Source: a virus. From it: a DNA stretch of 64,000 nt. Below, piece by piece: positions 61,404 to 64,000 of the stretch (position 1 is its first letter; each line of letters begins with the position of its first letter). Under the pieces are notes generated by a model. That model was not told the DNA's origin, made no database searches, and saw only the letters and a list, made by a program, of their open reading frames with translations. The stretch is taken from IMG/VR virus record IMGVR_UViG_3300029892_000001, one strand, 5' to 3'. Position numbers and translations under genes: made by a program.

Positions 61404-61952
61404 GTGATGGAAAGCTATAAGATGTTCGCTCTGTGCCATCCGCTGACGGAGCTATCGAAGACGTTGGAGAATCGGGTCCTGTACGGGGAGGGAGGCGGGG
61501 CTCTCCTGTTTCAGACCGAAAGGGACGCCCAAAACTACAGGGACGTCTATCTCCAGAACTACATCTCGATGACCCGGATTCAGCCGGTTATCGAGGAAGT
61601 TTCGATTTGCAAGTCGAGCGAATATCGGCTGATGGTTCGTCTGCTCGACACGGCTCCATCTCTGAGCGTCCAAGAAGAGATGAAGCGAATCATGGAGAAG
61701 CACTGGACTACGATCTTCTATAAGTTCCAGGCAACTCACGAAGATCTTCCTGCTCAGATTCGCGCGGTCCTGTGGATGGAAGGTATTTCCATGAAGCGGA
61801 TTGGCGAGGGTCGAGCACTCGTCCGGCTACAGCGACGCAAGCCTGATACGCGAAGCGAACTGGCCAAGAAGCTCGGAGACATTCCTCCCGAATGGGAAGA
61901 CGTCCCGTATTCCCCGCAGCTGGAGTACGAAGTCGTGGTCCGCGACTCCTGA
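61404..61952 (+). CDS. hypothetical protein
   Basis: 182 aa. Confidence 0.6.
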   Translation: MMESYKMFALCHPLTELSKTLENRVLYGEGGGALLFQTERDAQNYRDVYLQNYISMTRIQPVIEEVSICKSSEYRLMVRLLDTAPSLSVQEEMKRIMEKHWTTIFYKFQATHEDLPAQIRAVLWMEGISMKRIGEGRALVRLQRRKPDTRSELAKKLGDIPPEWEDVPYSPQLEYEVVVRDS

Positions 61953-62002
61953 CGCCAAGGCCTTTTAACCGAGGCGGCCCATCCGGGGCCCTTCGGCGTG
62001 TC

Positions 62003-62019
62003 GAACCCTGGGGATATTA
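62003..62019 (+). promoter_or_regulatory. 17-bp motif copy 22 (GAACCCTGGGGATATTA)
   Basis: Consensus match. Confidence 0.7.
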
Positions 62020-62055
62020 GACAGCAGGCAATGACAATCCAATCGTGAGGAATCA

Positions 62056-62310
62056 ATGCGACGTCCAGAGCTTTCTGAGTCCGCTGCCCTTGCCGAGGGC
62101 CTGCACGAATATTCTCTGGGGCCGATTCTTCCCTACGAGGATTTCTTCGTCGACCACGACGAGGAGAAGAATTGGTACCTTTACCAGGAGTCGTTGACGG
62201 ACAGCTACGACTACACGGATTGGGATTCCGAGTGGGAGTTGGATCGTCAAGACGAATTGGATGGGTACGACGACTACGGGTACGACTACGAACTCGACTA
62301 CGACTACTAA
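62056..62310 (+). CDS. Asp/Glu/Tyr-rich 84-aa protein
   Basis: GAGG RBS; DY-repeat C-terminus. Confidence 0.6.
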   Translation: MRRPELSESAALAEGLHEYSLGPILPYEDFFVDHDEEKNWYLYQESLTDSYDYTDWDSEWELDRQDELDGYDDYGYDYELDYDY

Positions 62311-62329
62311 TCAACCAACAGGGAAAATC

Positions 62330-62812
62330 ATGGTCAGCCAAAAGGAAATCGACATCGCGAAGGGCCGCACCACCGAAGAGGAAATCCTCCATCAGGAGGA
62401 GATCCAGCGGGCAGCACAGTTGGCGCTCGACGCCCAGAGTGCCTGCAATCTGAGGGCGGTTCTCCGCAGCTACTCGAAGGTCATGGATCTCCTGTGGAAG
62501 GAGGCCCACCGCGAAGACATCATGGACGTCTCGAAGCCGCAGCGGGGATCGGATTGGGTGCATCTGCATCCGATTTCCGTGCTGTTCGCTACGCAGGTCG
62601 GACACCTGACACGAGTCGCCGTGCTCGCCGACGACGCCTGTCACTGGAACGAGTGCGAAGCAATCTGCCAGCGCCTCGCGGCCGGAGAGTGGGTGGATTC
62701 CTCGGAGTTCCCCTACGAGAAGGAGTGGCAGGAAGGCCGGGCGAAGGCCCGGGCGAAGACTCTCGTGATGGAATCCGGAGGAGTCAAGTTCGAGATCGAG
62801 ACAGACGACTGA
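62330..62812 (+). CDS. hypothetical protein
   Basis: Q.ACNL..V...HPISVLF motif. Confidence 0.65.
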   Translation: MVSQKEIDIAKGRTTEEEILHQEEIQRAAQLALDAQSACNLRAVLRSYSKVMDLLWKEAHREDIMDVSKPQRGSDWVHLHPISVLFATQVGHLTRVAVLADDACHWNECEAICQRLAAGEWVDSSEFPYEKEWQEGRAKARAKTLVMESGGVKFEIETDD

Positions 62813-62844
62813 GAGAGGGCCCGTAAGGGCCCTTTCTCGTTTAA
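62811..62844 (+). terminator. hairpin + TTTAA element
   Basis: GAGAGAGGGCCC-GTAA-GGGCCCTTTCTC-G-TTTAA. Confidence 0.75.
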
Positions 62845-63518
62845 GGGGCCAAGCAAATATGCGCTATAGCGTGCGACACAAAACGGATGATGCGGAGATC
62901 GATCACATCCAGTTTGAAGTAGGCGAACTTGCTTCGCAGCAAGTGGTCCTAATTGGGGCTGGGATTCTCTACATTCGAGGGCTCGGCGAGGGAGATTGGT
63001 GCGTTTATGACGACACCAATACGCCCCTTCCTCAGGGAGACCACGTTTCAGAAACCTATCGGGACGACGATCTTGTCCTCTCGGAGAGTGAGCCTACCGA
63101 GTTCTTCGACATAGACTTCTAAGGGAGCACAGACTTGTCCAGCAACGAAATTGATCTGAGCAGCAAGCAACAAATATTCAACGCAATAGCTGTTGCATGG
63201 CTCAGCGGACGGTTTGAACATCCAAGGGAGATCCTTAAAGGAGAGCCACCGAAGACGGCGGTCAGGGCTCGCTGGCTGTATGATGTGATATCCGATCGCT
63301 TCGAGATGGAAGGGCCGTATCCGCTACGCATATTGCGTTCGACGGCTCACACCTGCCACTGTGACATCCAAAACGACCACTACAACCTTTGGATAAACGG
63401 TCGTCGACACCAGGAAGGATACTGGATAGAAGACCGCTGGTCGCCTGAGGCTGAAACTCCGGAGGCCCTTAGAACCCATTTAGTGTCCGGGCCCGAAGAC
63501 TAATACTAATAAAGGGCT

Positions 63519-63535
63519 GAACCCGGCTGATAGTA
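63519..63535 (+). promoter_or_regulatory. 17-bp motif copy 23 (GAACCCGGCTGATAGTA)
   Basis: Core CCCGGCTG complementary to CAGCCGGG(AGG) at 63549-63556, overlapping the RBS. Confidence 0.75.
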
Positions 63536-63566
63536 GTTGAGACAACCCCAGCCGGGAGGAATAATC

Positions 63567-63866
63567 ATGCTCCAGCCCATTCGCACCGAGCCCTACAAGT
63601 TCAACGGCGTGCCCCTCACGGATGAGGAGAAGAAGCGCCTCCTCAAGTTCGGCGAGAAGCCGAAGCAGATCCGTGGTACGTTCCGCTACCAGGGCGTGAA
63701 GGGGAAGCGCACGAGGACGTTCGTCTTCGTGGAGGACACGAAGAAGGAGGACGGCGTGTACGTCGCCGGCCGCACCGTCACGATGACGCCCGACGACTTC
63801 GAGATCGGGCTGGACCTCGGCAAGATCAAGGGCCGCGCGAAGAAGGTGCGTCGCCCCAAGAGCTGA
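63567..63866 (+). CDS. basic hypothetical protein
   Basis: GGAGGAATAATCATG context; strongly G/C-ending codons. Confidence 0.7.
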   Translation: MLQPIRTEPYKFNGVPLTDEEKKRLLKFGEKPKQIRGTFRYQGVKGKRTRTFVFVEDTKKEDGVYVAGRTVTMTPDDFEIGLDLGKIKGRAKKVRRPKS

Positions 63867-64000
63867 CCATGGACCTCACCAACGTTCTAGAGAGGCAGCG
63901 AGCGCTGCGAAACAAATCGCTACCTATGACTGAAGCCGAAGCACAAGAAATAGCCCAGCTTCAATGGGGCCCTCGTGGATTTGCGTACGTATTGCGACGC

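Noticed and set aside
24183-62844. Hairpin-TTTAA elements as integron attC sites
   Set aside because: No consistent RYYYAAC partner for a GTTRRRY core, stems too short, no integrase in the window; kept only as a looser cassette hypothesis.
260-63535. 17-bp motif as a CRISPR repeat array
   Set aside because: Copies are ~1-8 kb apart, separated by whole genes and degenerate in the middle; no cas genes.
1-64000. Stop-codon reassignment explaining the many short ORFs
   Set aside because: TAA, TAG and TGA all end genes that are immediately followed by RBS/ATG or terminators, and the enzymes are full length in code 11.

Overview
This 64 kb window looks like the accessory or early region of a large (jumbo-type) phage genome. 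It holds about 150 short, tightly packed, RBS-preceded ORFs, almost all on the + strand, and no core replication or virion module. Myxobacterial-style lipoproteins suggest a Myxococcota-like host (inference). Recognisable proteins are mostly RNA end-healing/sealing enzymes (CCA-adding enzyme, T4 Rnl1-like ligase, P-loop kinase, metallophosphoesterase, cyclic-phosphate-processing receiver domain, ART/Tpt1-like protein), plus a DUF2829/Tad2-like protein. The most striking content is non-coding. (1) There are 23 dispersed copies of a 17-bp motif GAACCCnGnnGATAnTA upstream of genes; in many copies the variable core is complementary to that copy's own downstream leader/RBS. (2) Twelve sequence-diverse hairpins are each followed by TTTAA. 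(3) Two oversized tRNA-like RNAs (33196-33308, 41409-41553) keep a canonical acceptor/T module but have greatly extended other arms. (4) A ~500-nt highly structured intergenic RNA candidate lies at 36681-37178, with several smaller ones elsewhere. A ~850-bp GC-richer foreign segment (baseplate-V and AbiEi fragments) interrupts phage genes at ~5180-6038. All calls are by eye; no searches were run.
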